A stretch of DNA of 64,000 bases from an uncultured Chloroflexia bacterium (lineage in GTDB: Bacteria; Chloroflexota; Dehalococcoidia; GIF9; UBA5629): the NCBI GenBank assembly GCA_963752975.1, contig CAVWAG010000010.1, forward strand, positions 101,292 to 165,291, read 5' to 3'. The notes under the pieces were generated by a model that made no database searches, had not been told where the DNA came from, and saw only the letters and a program-made list of their open reading frames with translations. Shown here piece by piece: positions 27,229 through 37,966 of the stretch (position 1 is the first letter of the stretch; every line of letters begins with the position of its first letter). The translations under genes and the position numbers were made by a program.

Positions 27229-28798
27229 TTGTTATTGCTTCGCTGTTTTCTGATTTTGCTACTGGGTATATTTTATTTCATGCCTGTAGAATCGATATGG
27301 ATAGGTTTGGCCGCGCTGGCTGCAATCATCGTCTTTCATTTCCTGTCGAGGTTGATAAAAGGCAAACAGGTTAGGGAATCTAAACCGAGTCCCTGGCAGA
27401 ATATGACTTCCCTTCTCTTCATCTTTTTTGTAGTGTTCATAATTTTTATAGTTACTTTATGGAATTTAGAGGTTTCACTTTTAATTCATGTTCTGCTTGT
27501 TTCATTGATTTTTACCATGCTCATAAATTTCCTGACCGTTCCGCTGGCTATTTTTCATAAGCTCAAGGAGCGGAAGGAGATATTTACACCGAGCGACTAT
27601 AAACCCAGGATCAGCATTATTGTGCCGGCTTTTAACGAAGAAAAGGTAGTAGCCACGGACAATCGAAACCCTGATCGAAGCTGAATATCCTGATAAAGAA
27701 ATCATCGTGGTAGATGATGGCTCAAAAGATAATACGTATGGAGTAGCTTCTGAGTATGCGAGCCGTGGTGTCAAAGTAGTCAGGCGGCCGAATGGCGGCA
27801 AATTTGCAGCGTTAAACACAGGCATCGCGGTTTCTACAGGTGAGATAATTATAACGGTAGATGCCGATAGCATGCTGGCAAGGGCGGCTTTAACTGAGAT
27901 TGTCAGGGGTTTTGAAGATCCGGGAGTTGCGGGTGTGGCCGGCAACCTCAAGGTATTCAACCGGACCAAGCTATTAACCAAGCTGCAGGCCCTGGAATAC
28001 ATCGTTCAGATACAAATCGTGCGGAGGGCTTTTGAGAATTTCGGTTCATTAACGGTAGCATCGGGCGCTTTCAGCGCATTCCGCAAGACTGCTTTACGGG
28101 AAGCGGGAAATTATGACCCGGATTATCTGCTTGAAGATTTCGATATAACAATTAAATTGCTTAAGTCACACCAGATACTGCATGGCAGCAACGAAGCTGT
28201 TTGCTATACCGAGGCCCCGGAAACCTTATACGATATCTACAGACAGAGGCTGAGCTGGTTTCGCGGTGATTTCCAGAATTTCTGGAAACACAGGGATGCC
28301 TTTTTCAATCCCAGGTTTGGAATAATGAGCAAGTTGACCTTTCCCTATATGCTGATATCCATGACGCTCGTGCCATTTGCCAGTCTCGTTGTCATTGTGA
28401 CATCGATTATTATGCTTATTGATGGTGAGTGGATGACGCTCGTCCTTGCTTTCGGCCTGTTTTGTGCGCTGCAATTACTGGTATCTATACTTGCCATACT
28501 GGTTGCTGAAGATGATTTAAAGCTGGCTATTTATTCACCCCTTTTTATAATAGGTTATAAGCAGTTCCTGGATTTTACCATGATCAAAGCTTTCATCGAT
28601 ATATTGCTTGCGGGTGGCACATACCTGAAAAGAGAAAGGGTTGCCAGGATTGGGGACACCACTTATTTGCAAAAGCAGGGTTCCGCCGGTTCAATGCTGG
28701 AAATGCCGGCAGAAAACGGCCGGGCAACCGGGAAACTGATGATTTCACCTTTGATTGCCTTATGCCCTAAGTATTACCATTCTGGATTAATAATATGA
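27229..28798 (+). CDS. Family-2 glycosyltransferase (PgaC/cellulose-synthase-like, membrane-embedded) with an apparent -1 frameshift near 27660-27700.
   Basis: Has IVPAFNEE in frame A, ETLIEAEYPDKEIIVVDDGSKDNT in frame B, and a DxD motif (TVDADSM). Transmembrane helices sit at both ends. Confidence 0.65.
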
Positions 28799-29769
28799 AT
28801 ATCCTGGAAAGATTAGAGAGATACAGGGGTCTGAAAGTACTGGTCACCGGTGGCGCCGGTTTTATCGGTTCACATCTGGTGGAAAAACTGCTTGATCTTG
28901 GCGCCCGGGTTTTAGTCATCGATACGATGCTTTGCGGTAATAAGATTAAACATTTAGCCGGAAATAATAACCTGGAAGTTTATGAACTGGATGTAATGGA
29001 CGTTCCGGCTATAACCCCGCTATTTAAGGGGCAGGATATGGTTTTTCACCTCGCGGCTCTCGTCGGTGTGGAGGAAACGCAGGATGAACCGGTTAACCTC
29101 CTGAACGTGGAGGTGGTTGGGACCTCTAACGTTATCGCACTTGCTGCTAATAACAAGGTTAAACGGTTTATCTTTACATCGTCCTCCGAGGTTTACGGGG
29201 ATTCATTGAAACCCATGATTGAGGAAGGACCTTTTAATCCCAGGTCAACCTATGCTCTTACCAAGTTGATCGGAGAGCACTTCTGCAAGGCGTATTATCA
29301 GAAATTTGGACTTGAGTATACCGCCCTGCGCTTTTTTAATTCGTATGGGCCGCGGCAGGATGACCGGTTTGTTCTTTCCCGCTTTGTAAACAGGGCGCTG
29401 GCAGGCCAGGAACTCTATATTTACGGTGACGGGAACCAGACCCGCGATTTCACTTACGTGGACGACAGCGTTTATATGTCGCTGCTTGCCGGTATTTTGG
29501 ATGGAGGCGTCAACCAGGTTTTGAACTTCGGAACAGGAAAAGCCGTATCTATTAATACACTGGCTGATATGGTGTTGACCGCCCTGGACCTCAAAGGCCG
29601 GATCAAAACATCCTATGTAAATTATGATCGACGCAGGTCGCTGGAGATCGAGGTTTTTAACCGCATAGCGGATACGACGAAGGCTGAAGAGTTACTTGGA
29701 TACAAGCCGGAAACCGAATTAATAACAGGTTTACGAAAATACATAAACTGGTATAAAAGCCGGAGCTGA
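28795..29769 (+). CDS. NAD-dependent epimerase/dehydratase (extended SDR; UDP-sugar epimerase or decarboxylase-like).
   Basis: Has the GGAGFIGSHL cofactor motif and the YALTK catalytic motif. Its start overlaps the glycosyltransferase stop. Confidence 0.75.
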   Translation: MNILERLERYRGLKVLVTGGAGFIGSHLVEKLLDLGARVLVIDTMLCGNKIKHLAGNNNLEVYELDVMDVPAITPLFKGQDMVFHLAALVGVEETQDEPVNLLNVEVVGTSNVIALAANNKVKRFIFTSSSEVYGDSLKPMIEEGPFNPRSTYALTKLIGEHFCKAYYQKFGLEYTALRFFNSYGPRQDDRFVLSRFVNRALAGQELYIYGDGNQTRDFTYVDDSVYMSLLAGILDGGVNQVLNFGTGKAVSINTLADMVLTALDLKGRIKTSYVNYDRRRSLEIEVFNRIADTTKAEELLGYKPETELITGLRKYINWYKSRS

Positions 29770-29792
29770 TAGCACCCTTAGAACGGCGTAGG

Positions 29793-31712
29793 CTACTTGT
29801 CGCCGATCCTGTAACGGTACCATTGTTCAAAAGTCATTATCGTTGCGAAGGATTTAAACCATTTTACTATGGTATCCAGTTTTTCAAGTTTGGCCGTGTC
29901 AGGCTTTCCCTCTGCATTGGTGAAGCAATCGGGATGAAGCCCTAACGCTACGACTCCCAAACCAGTCATAAGGTTGCAGATAGTTATTGCATAGTCGTTA
30001 TATTCCTGTGATTCACCATAGGCGCCTACATAAATGCAATAGTCTTTTTGCTTCATCGGTTTGTCGATGTTAATTACATCGCCCCATTTGCAGTTGTACC
30101 AGTTGCACATATCGGATCCTGTTGGGATCCTGTACATACCATTAGCCAGGTCGATATGGCAGTTGTAATCAACCGGTACAGTCGATGGGCATGGTTCAAC
30201 CGATGTATTAACCGAAAAGACTTTATACCCGGCATCCTGTACCGCTTTATATCCAAGTTCATCGTAAAAATCAGTGGGGACGGTAAAAGATACGGGATAG
30301 ACTCCGAAGTATTTCAAGTATTTGCAGCGCGCCTGTGCCAGTTTTAATTTAAGTTCCTCATACGATACCTTGGCTTTCTCCTGCTCAGCCTTAGCAGCAT
30401 TCACGTCTATACACGGGTTATCCGCAAGACGATCAAGGTATTTTTTAGTAATATCCAGTTGATAAAAAGTCCAGTCATAACCGTGAACACTGATGCCCAC
30501 CGCATTCTCGTCAACGTATTGTTTTAGCCAGGGTATCTCATATGAATCGGTGCCGTTAACATTTGAAACCACACCGCAGTCCAGAGGCACACCGTTTCTC
30601 TGGAAAAGCTTGATTATCTCCTGCACCACTTCTTCGTGGTTCCCTTTCGATATGTCATCCAGCCTGAAAATGATGACAGGGCCTCCATTGTACGGGGGTA
30701 ATGGTCGCTTGACTCCCGTGGCATCGGGAGGACAGCCGGTAATATAGTAGTACCAATTCTCGAGCGTGGTTATATCGCCCAACTGGCTGCAAGATTTAAT
30801 CAGGTTCTTCAATTGCGCCAGTTTTGTACTATCAACCTTATTACCGTCTAATATTGAAGTGAGTTGTATTTCTATGGCGGCTATTCCGAGTTCATTAATG
30901 CTTTTCTTGACATCAGACATTAATCCGCTGAATGGTTCAGGGACCGGACTAAAAACGATAGTCCCGGCTATTGGCAACCGGTAGAGGCCATCGGCGCTTA
31001 CCTCACCCGACCATGAAACAGGTTTAATTGACGGATGGAGAGTGTAGGAATCCGTAGTGCAAACGACCTTAAATCCGCTCTCCTGCAACGCATGGTAGTT
31101 AGGTTCGTTAAAAGCCCCGGACGGCAGTATACAGGCAAATGCCGGAGAGCCGAATACGTATTTAACCTGGTCGCGCGTTTTGATGAGGCTGTTTGTCAGC
31201 ATCGGGTATTCAGGGCTTGCAGTGGAGGCCTGTAATTTGAGCCAGTCAATCGAGTAGCCATCAATACTCGGGTCAACGATTCCCGCATCTGAGAAATATG
31301 TCAACTCTTTGGCACTTGTATCCGGTGTATTTCCATCAATTGGTGGCCTCAATGCCACATTGAGGGTAGCATCGTTTTCTGCGAACAGCGTGATGACCTT
31401 GCTCAACGCGTCCTGTGGGATGTTATCATTGATTTGATCGAGAATGAAAATTACCCCGCCGCCCCCTGCATATGCGGGAGTAGCCAGTTTCCTGACATGT
31501 GGTGATTGGATGGGTTGGGTGGCAGCAGGGATTATATCCGTTTTATCAGGTGCAGCGGTACAGTTGATAGAAAATAACAGGCTGAAGCATAAAATGAGGT
31601 TGATTAATAGTGCTTTAGGGCTATTCATATTCCTATCATAAGACCTTGATATCCCGCCAGTCAAAATTACGAGTAATTTTCTTACCGGCACAGGTGAAGA
31701 TTCGTCCCGCAA
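29793..31712 (-). CDS. Secreted protein with two polysaccharide-deacetylase (NodB-like) domains.
   Basis: Has a signal peptide. Two repeated FILDQIND / IIFRLDDIS-type regions resemble NodB homology domains. Confidence 0.5.
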   Translation of the reverse strand: MRDESSPVPVRKLLVILTGGISRSYDRNMNSPKALLINLILCFSLLFSINCTAAPDKTDIIPAATQPIQSPHVRKLATPAYAGGGGVIFILDQINDNIPQDALSKVITLFAENDATLNVALRPPIDGNTPDTSAKELTYFSDAGIVDPSIDGYSIDWLKLQASTASPEYPMLTNSLIKTRDQVKYVFGSPAFACILPSGAFNEPNYHALQESGFKVVCTTDSYTLHPSIKPVSWSGEVSADGLYRLPIAGTIVFSPVPEPFSGLMSDVKKSINELGIAAIEIQLTSILDGNKVDSTKLAQLKNLIKSCSQLGDITTLENWYYYITGCPPDATGVKRPLPPYNGGPVIIFRLDDISKGNHEEVVQEIIKLFQRNGVPLDCGVVSNVNGTDSYEIPWLKQYVDENAVGISVHGYDWTFYQLDITKKYLDRLADNPCIDVNAAKAEQEKAKVSYEELKLKLAQARCKYLKYFGVYPVSFTVPTDFYDELGYKAVQDAGYKVFSVNTSVEPCPSTVPVDYNCHIDLANGMYRIPTGSDMCNWYNCKWGDVINIDKPMKQKDYCIYVGAYGESQEYNDYAITICNLMTGLGVVALGLHPDCFTNAEGKPDTAKLEKLDTIVKWFKSFATIMTFEQWYRYRIGDK

Positions 31713-31724
31713 TTCAAAGGGCAG

Positions 31725-33107
31725 CTAAAGAGTGCCGGCGAGTGCCCTTGCGGCCTCGATAAGCTTGGGGTCAGTTGTATATTGAAGGCAAAGCTCTATG
31801 TCAGATTTCGCCTTATCGTTATCACCCATATTCTTCTCGATTAGCGCTCGGGTAAAATAAGCCCAGGCAAAATCATACTGCAACCGTATTGCTTCGTTGA
31901 TATCGGATAATGCCTTATCATATATTCCCTTGCCGTTATAAGCCCAGGCACGGTTGGCCCAGGCCGATGAAAGCTTCGGATTCAAAGATATGGCTGTATC
32001 ACAGTCAGCAACGGCCAGGTCGAATTGCTGAAGATTGTTAAAGGCCCAGGCGCGCGTGACGTAGGCGTCAGCCAACTCGGGACTCAGGTCAATAGCCTTT
32101 GTGGAATCGGCGATGGCCAGGCGGTATTCTTCTTTCAGGATGTATCCACGTGATCGCGTGTTATAAGCTAAAGCTGATTTGGGGTTTAATTCGATGGCTT
32201 TGTTGCAGTCATCCATCCCCATGTTCCACCAATCCTTTGATAGGTCATAAGGGTATTTCTCAAAATAAGCCCAGGCCCGCTGAGTATAACCGAAAGGCAA
32301 GTTGGGATTAAGCTTAATTGCGGTATCGCAATCTGCGATGGCAAGGTCGTAATTACCCCTGGCTGTCTGTGCCCAGGCACGGTTCACGTAAGCTGTAGCA
32401 ATCCTGGGATCCAGGCTTATGGCCTTTGTGCAATCCTCTATAGCCAATTCATATCCGCCGGTCTGGTTATATACCCAGGCACGGTTAACATATGCCAGCG
32501 GCAGTGTTGGATCAAGTTCAATAGCTTTATTGCAATCAGCCATTGCTTCTTCATACTCGCCCGTCTCGTTATAGTCCATAGCCCTGAATATATAGGCCAT
32601 GGCACTATCCGGTTCCACCTTAATACCGTCGGTGCATGCGATTACCGATTCCCTGTACTCGCCGAGGCCGTAGAGTGCCCAGCCCTTATTAATGTAGCCC
32701 AGGGCAAGCTTTGGATTTAATTCAATGGCCTTTTCCGAGTCAGCCAGTGCCAGGAGGTAAAGGCCTTTTTCATTATATGCGGAGGCGCGTGTGGTGTATG
32801 CTAACGCGATATTTGGTTTTTTATCTATAGCTTTGCCGCAGTCCGCAATAGCACGATCATATTCACCTATCTCGTTATAGGACAACGCCCGGTTGATATA
32901 GAAGAAAGGCTGGCTTGAGTCCAAACTGATTGCCCTTGTATATTCATCGACAGCCTTATCCCATTGCTTCTGGCTGTAATATTCGTTGCCTTTATTATAG
33001 TGGTCGATCGGGCGGTCGAAGATGAAGCAAGATAGGGAAACCGCACCAATACATATTAAAATAATTGCACAGGAGGCTTTAATCCATGCGCTGTTCATTT
33101 GTGCCAT
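31725..33107 (-). CDS. TPR-repeat protein with an N-terminal signal/anchor.
   Basis: Has about 12 tandem 34-aa repeats following the (A/W)..G.Y..A...Y..A pattern. Confidence 0.75.
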   Translation of the reverse strand: MAQMNSAWIKASCAIILICIGAVSLSCFIFDRPIDHYNKGNEYYSQKQWDKAVDEYTRAISLDSSQPFFYINRALSYNEIGEYDRAIADCGKAIDKKPNIALAYTTRASAYNEKGLYLLALADSEKAIELNPKLALGYINKGWALYGLGEYRESVIACTDGIKVEPDSAMAYIFRAMDYNETGEYEEAMADCNKAIELDPTLPLAYVNRAWVYNQTGGYELAIEDCTKAISLDPRIATAYVNRAWAQTARGNYDLAIADCDTAIKLNPNLPFGYTQRAWAYFEKYPYDLSKDWWNMGMDDCNKAIELNPKSALAYNTRSRGYILKEEYRLAIADSTKAIDLSPELADAYVTRAWAFNNLQQFDLAVADCDTAISLNPKLSSAWANRAWAYNGKGIYDKALSDINEAIRLQYDFAWAYFTRALIEKNMGDNDKAKSDIELCLQYTTDPKLIEAARALAGTL

Positions 33108-33151
33108 CCGTTACTATTCATCCATATGAAAACGTATTATTTAAGGGCAAC

Positions 33152-33892
33152 CTACTTATATGCTTTCCATTTCCATTTAAGTTCAGGTGGTTGCAGGCAA
33201 TCCATAGTGGTTGTGTAGCCTCTTTTCTCACCAGGTAATATGAAGTCCAGGACCACTCTGTTGCTAGGGGCTAAGTTATTCATCGTCGATCCGATTGTAA
33301 AGTTGGGGATAACCTGTGGTGGAACTTCGGTCGCGCCGACTGTTACATCAGTCATCATCCATTCGGGGTGGTTGTTGGTAATGTATCCAAGGTGCCAGCA
33401 GTTACTGGTGTCGGCGGATGGGTATTGATAGTGGTCGGTGATCTTCCATTCCACGTATTTATTTGGATAATATGTCCAGCCTTCGTATAGCTGTTCAGTA
33501 GTCGCATTATCTGAGCCGCTATTGGGCCAGATTATTGATCCATCTTGCGTTTTTACTATTACCAGGAATTTGGTAGAAATCTCAAACTGGCCGTCGGACA
33601 CTTTTAATGTATATAAAGTAGTTTCCTTAGGTGCAATGGAGATACTGCCGGTATTCCCGGAAATATGACCGATAACCGGTTCGATTGATAATGAGGAAGC
33701 GCCGGTCGTGTCCCATGCAAGTATTGTAGTTTCACCGGCTTTTATGGTCTTGGTTTGGGCCTGGAAGGATTTGATATTGAGAGGTACCAGGGAAGCTGGA
33801 TTGACCGGGGTTGTAATATTTTCTTTCGCAGTACTGGCCGGTAGGGGAGTTTCAGCTACGGTGCAGGAAATAAGAAAAGCAAGTGACAGCAA
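33152..33892 (-). CDS. Secreted hypothetical protein, probably a lipoprotein.
   Basis: Has the signal/lipobox-like N-terminus MLSLAFLISC. No recognisable motif. Confidence 0.45.
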   Translation of the reverse strand: MLSLAFLISCTVAETPLPASTAKENITTPVNPASLVPLNIKSFQAQTKTIKAGETTILAWDTTGASSLSIEPVIGHISGNTGSISIAPKETTLYTLKVSDGQFEISTKFLVIVKTQDGSIIWPNSGSDNATTEQLYEGWTYYPNKYVEWKITDHYQYPSADTSNCWHLGYITNNHPEWMMTDVTVGATEVPPQVIPNFTIGSTMNNLAPSNRVVLDFILPGEKRGYTTTMDCLQPPELKWKWKAYK

Positions 33893-34074
33893 TAGCAGCA
33901 GTGATATTATCAGTTAAATAGTATCGCCAACCCAATTTCAGTAGCATATTATATTAATTCGAGGCGCTTCTCAATATATCTGATTCCCATTATAGCCCCC
34001 CGCTACCATTTTGGGAATACGCTTACATCGTTTAATTAATTTCTTTTGAATAAATAACCGAATCATGCCAAAAT

Positions 34075-35040
34075 ATGCGTGTCCGCATGACCGGCGGAAA
34101 GCGGTTGTGCGAGAATAATATCATGTCGAAAAATACACGAGCAAAACCCCTCAACCATGCTAAGGATAAAGAGCATTCCATAATGCTGGGGCTTCAACTG
34201 GGTATATTCGGGCTTATCACCGGTGTAATCGCTGCTGTTATCGCTAACTCCCTGACACTGGAATCTGAGATACTCAAGAATATCGGATTGGTGACGGCTG
34301 TTTTCTTATCCTACCTGAGCATAAGGAAAGTCAACCGCGGCCGGACTGAGGGTTATAACTATGGTTACGGTAAGCTGGAGAGCTTTTCAGGTTTGATCGT
34401 GGCCGTGGTGCTGGTCATATCATTGATTATTGTCATAGGTCATACGGTTGAAAGGTTTCAGCATCCCGTTGAACTGCATACGGGCGGCCTCGACCTTGCC
34501 ATAGTTTTTTCGGCAGTCGCATTGTTGACCAGCGCCTGGCTGTGGAGGCATGACCATCACCTCGCCAGTGAGGAATACTCACCCGTGCTGGAATCACTGT
34601 GGCGGATGTACCGCTTCAAAACCATAGCTTCAATCCTGGTCATAGCTTCGCTGGGACTGAGCGCTATATTCAGTGATCAGCCCTGGGTCTCATACGTTGA
34701 CCCGGCGGGCTCGGTATTAATCGGCCTCTTCATTGTACAGTCCATCTACAATATCAGTGCAATGTCCGTGTACGACTTATTGGACCGTGCGCTGGAAGAA
34801 TCGCTGCAATTAATCATACTGCGTGAATTAGCCGGCTATTTTGAAGAATATGAGGCCATCCATGGCATCAGGTCACGAAGGTCAGGCGCCAATGTGTATG
34901 TGGAGATATTCCTGGAATTCGACGGGGAGAAGAAGATGGCCGAAGTCCAGCAAGTGATTAATTCCATGAAAGCCAACCTGGAGAAGAAAATCCACGGCAG
35001 CGAGATCGTGGTTTCACCTGCGATAGCAGATGTAGCCTGA
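34075..35040 (+). CDS. Cation diffusion facilitator (CDF) family divalent-metal efflux transporter.
   Basis: Has six transmembrane helices plus a cytoplasmic C-terminal domain. The true start is probably an internal Met (MSKNTRAK). Confidence 0.65.
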   Translation: MRVRMTGGKRLCENNIMSKNTRAKPLNHAKDKEHSIMLGLQLGIFGLITGVIAAVIANSLTLESEILKNIGLVTAVFLSYLSIRKVNRGRTEGYNYGYGKLESFSGLIVAVVLVISLIIVIGHTVERFQHPVELHTGGLDLAIVFSAVALLTSAWLWRHDHHLASEEYSPVLESLWRMYRFKTIASILVIASLGLSAIFSDQPWVSYVDPAGSVLIGLFIVQSIYNISAMSVYDLLDRALEESLQLIILRELAGYFEEYEAIHGIRSRRSGANVYVEIFLEFDGEKKMAEVQQVINSMKANLEKKIHGSEIVVSPAIADVA

Positions 35041-35054
35041 TCTCAGCGGGACAG

Positions 35055-35525
35055 TTGAGAGTTTGCATACTAAAAGGGAAAAACATGGCTAACCAGATAT
35101 TGACGTTAGAAACTGCCATTCTTGACGATATCCCCCGCATCATAGAATTTGTCATCAGTTGGCTGGAACGCCGCGGGCTTGGAAAATACTCCTTTCCCCT
35201 GGAGACGGCGGTGGATGAAGCAAGCACCAATGTTATAAAGCATGCCTATGGAGGAAGAGGGGGATTTTTCGAGATATCATGTGATATCCAGGGCAAAGAT
35301 ATAGTTATCAGTATCAAGGACCGTGGAAAACCCTTCGATCCGGGATCAGTTCCGCAGCCGGACGTTGATGCCGACCTGGAGAACAGGAAAATAGGTGGAC
35401 TGGGAATATACATAATGAAGAAGATGATGGACGAGGTAAAGTATAGTTTCGATGCAAAGCAGGGGAACAGGCTGGAAATGCGAAAAACGATGGGATCCGC
35501 CCATGAATCCTTGCCTAACCGATGA
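35055..35525 (+). CDS. Anti-sigma regulatory factor / serine kinase (RsbW-like HATPase_c_2).
   Basis: Has the N-box EASTNVIKHAY and the G-box GGLGIYIMKKMMDEV. Confidence 0.65.
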   Translation: MRVCILKGKNMANQILTLETAILDDIPRIIEFVISWLERRGLGKYSFPLETAVDEASTNVIKHAYGGRGGFFEISCDIQGKDIVISIKDRGKPFDPGSVPQPDVDADLENRKIGGLGIYIMKKMMDEVKYSFDAKQGNRLEMRKTMGSAHESLPNR

Positions 35526-35586
35526 TAACGTCGTTGAGTGCCCGCTCTGGAAGGTGGTGAATACCCTGCCCGCCAATATTTAGCGT

Positions 35587-36219
35587 CTACGCGTGCTTGA
35601 GAGCGACGCTTTCGAGGACGTTGGCCACGTCCTCACACATATCTGTCGCACTCTCCATGTGCTCATAAATCTCGCGCCATTTAATGATATCGGCAATGTC
35701 CGAATCGTCCTCAAAAAGTTCCGTCAGGGCGGTGCGGTAGATGGTATCCGCCAGGTTCTCCAGCCGGTTTATCTCCACGCAACTATTCAAGATCTTCTCC
35801 AGGTTCGAATTGTGCCGGCGCAGGCTGGGCATCACATTCTCAACTTCTGTGGTGATCTGGACAAGAATGTCTGCCAGTTCCCGGGCGCGTTTCCCCGGAG
35901 TTTTGACTTTGTACAGCACCATGGTATCGGCCGACGATTGAATGAGATCCGTGACATCGTCCAGCGAATGTGCCAGCAGACCGATATCTTCGCGATCAAA
36001 AGGAGTGATAAAAGAGCGGTTCAACTGGAACATTATCTCGTGTGTAATTGTATCGCCCTGATGTTCTATCTTGGTCATTTCCTCCAATTTCTCATCAAAA
36101 CATTCCCAGCTGTAGATCATATCTTTGAGGCTTTCGGCTGCCCTTACCATGTTCTTGGCGCTGACCTCGAAAAGGTCAAAGAACTTGTCATCCCGGGGCA
36201 TCAAGTTGAACTTAAACAT
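35587..36219 (-). CDS. DUF47-family protein (PhoU-like, often associated with PitA phosphate transporters).
   Basis: A 210-aa helical protein with the MFKF...DDKFFDLF N-terminus typical of TIGR00153. Confidence 0.6.
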   Translation of the reverse strand: MFKFNLMPRDDKFFDLFEVSAKNMVRAAESLKDMIYSWECFDEKLEEMTKIEHQGDTITHEIMFQLNRSFITPFDREDIGLLAHSLDDVTDLIQSSADTMVLYKVKTPGKRARELADILVQITTEVENVMPSLRRHNSNLEKILNSCVEINRLENLADTIYRTALTELFEDDSDIADIIKWREIYEHMESATDMCEDVANVLESVALKHA

Positions 36220-36419
36220 AACTGACGGAAAAATTATAACACAGTCGCAGTGTATCCTGCTGTAAATGGCGCTGTAAACCGTAATTTATCATCTTAAGGG
36301 CAGCCTGGTTGACATGTTGGTTGAGGCGATTTATCCTATCGATAATTGTAAATCCTGTTATCGTGAACGTTATTTAATCGCAAGCTGAACTGCGCAGGAT
36401 TGAAGCTGGAATAAATTGA

Positions 36420-37961
36420 ATGGAATACACTCTGGGTATTGACCTGGGGACAACAGGCGTTAAAGTCCTACTTGTCTCGGAAAAGGGTGAAGTTGTTGCA
36501 TCAGGCAACGGGGAGTACCCGCTGCTTATACCCAGGCCTAACTGGGCCGAGCAGGATGCTGAAGCCTGGTGGGATGCGACGGTTTCAGCCGTGAAAAGTT
36601 GCCTGGCAGAAGGCTGCGTATCGGTGGGGAAAGAGGTGAAAGTGGCTGCTATAGGGCTTTCCGGCCAGATGCACGGCTCGGTTTTCCTCGATGATAAGGG
36701 GGAGGTTCTGCGGCCCGCCATCTTGTGGAATGATCAGAGGACCGTTGATCAGTGCCGTCAGATCACTGCTATGGTCGGCGCGGAAAGGCTGGTTGAGCTT
36801 ACCTCGAACCGGGCGTTGGCCGGCTTTACCGCGCCCAAGATACTATGGCTACGCCAAAACGAGCCGGGGACATACTCGAAAGTGGGTAAAATCCTGTTGC
36901 CCAAGGACTATATCCGCTACAGGCTGGCCGGTGTCTTTGCTACCGAGGTTTCTGACGCCTCGGGGACATTGCTTTTCAATGTCAGGGAACGCAAATGGTC
37001 CGTTGAAATGCTTGACGCGCTCGAAATCCCCGGTAACTGGCTGCCGGATTGTTTTGAATCCACTGTAGTCAGCAGCCGTGTTAGTGCGGACGCTGCAAGG
37101 CTGACCGGTCTCGATGTTGGTACGCCTATCGTGGGGGGTGGGGGAGACCAGGCGGCCGGGGCAGTGGGGAACGGCATAGTAAATACAGGCGTTGCGTCCT
37201 GTGTATTGGGAACCAGCGGCGTTGTTTTCTGGCATTGCGACACACCTGCTTACGATCCTCTGGCCAGGCTGCACTCATTCTGCCATGCTGTTCCCGGCAA
37301 GTGGCATATGATGGGAGTTACACTGGCTGCCGGGGGTTCACTGCGCTGGTTCCGCGATAACCTTTGCCAGGATATCAAAGCGGATGCCGGGAAAAAGGGT
37401 ATCGATCCCTATGAAATAATTGGCGGCATGGCGCAGGAGATATCAGTGGGTGCGGAAGGATTGTTGTTCCTTCCCTACCTGGCTGGGGAGAGGACGCCCT
37501 ATGCTGATGCCGATGCCAGGGGTGCTTTCCTGGGACTGTCGCTGCGCCATACCAGGGCACACATGGCACGGTCGGTGATGGAAGGGATAACTATGAGCCT
37601 CAAAGATTGCCTGGAATTAGGGGAGCAGAGTGGAGTGCAGGCGTCCCGCATATTCCTTTCGGGTGGAGGCGCCAGGAGCGCGTTCTGGCAACAGATGGCC
37701 GCCGATATATTTGAGATTGAAGTGGCGAGGGCGGGCAGCGACGAAGGCCCTGCGTACGGTGCAGCCTTACTGGCGGCAGTCGGTGCGGGAATACATGAGT
37801 CGGTTCAAGCGGCGTGCGCAACATGCGTCAGGGTAAAAGACACTGCGAAGCCCAATTCAGCGGAAGTTGACAGGTACAGGCGCCTCTACGGGATTTATCG
37901 TACGCTTTACCCTGCTCTGACGGGATTCTACAAGATGGACGCATCGTTTATTAATGGATAG
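36420..37961 (+). CDS. xylB: FGGY-family carbohydrate kinase, xylulokinase-like.
   Basis: Has the N-terminal GIDLGTTGVK motif and the C-terminal GGGARS motif. Confidence 0.7.
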   Translation: MEYTLGIDLGTTGVKVLLVSEKGEVVASGNGEYPLLIPRPNWAEQDAEAWWDATVSAVKSCLAEGCVSVGKEVKVAAIGLSGQMHGSVFLDDKGEVLRPAILWNDQRTVDQCRQITAMVGAERLVELTSNRALAGFTAPKILWLRQNEPGTYSKVGKILLPKDYIRYRLAGVFATEVSDASGTLLFNVRERKWSVEMLDALEIPGNWLPDCFESTVVSSRVSADAARLTGLDVGTPIVGGGGDQAAGAVGNGIVNTGVASCVLGTSGVVFWHCDTPAYDPLARLHSFCHAVPGKWHMMGVTLAAGGSLRWFRDNLCQDIKADAGKKGIDPYEIIGGMAQEISVGAEGLLFLPYLAGERTPYADADARGAFLGLSLRHTRAHMARSVMEGITMSLKDCLELGEQSGVQASRIFLSGGGARSAFWQQMAADIFEIEVARAGSDEGPAYGAALLAAVGAGIHESVQAACATCVRVKDTAKPNSAEVDRYRRLYGIYRTLYPALTGFYKMDASFING

Positions 37962-37966
37962 ACCTG

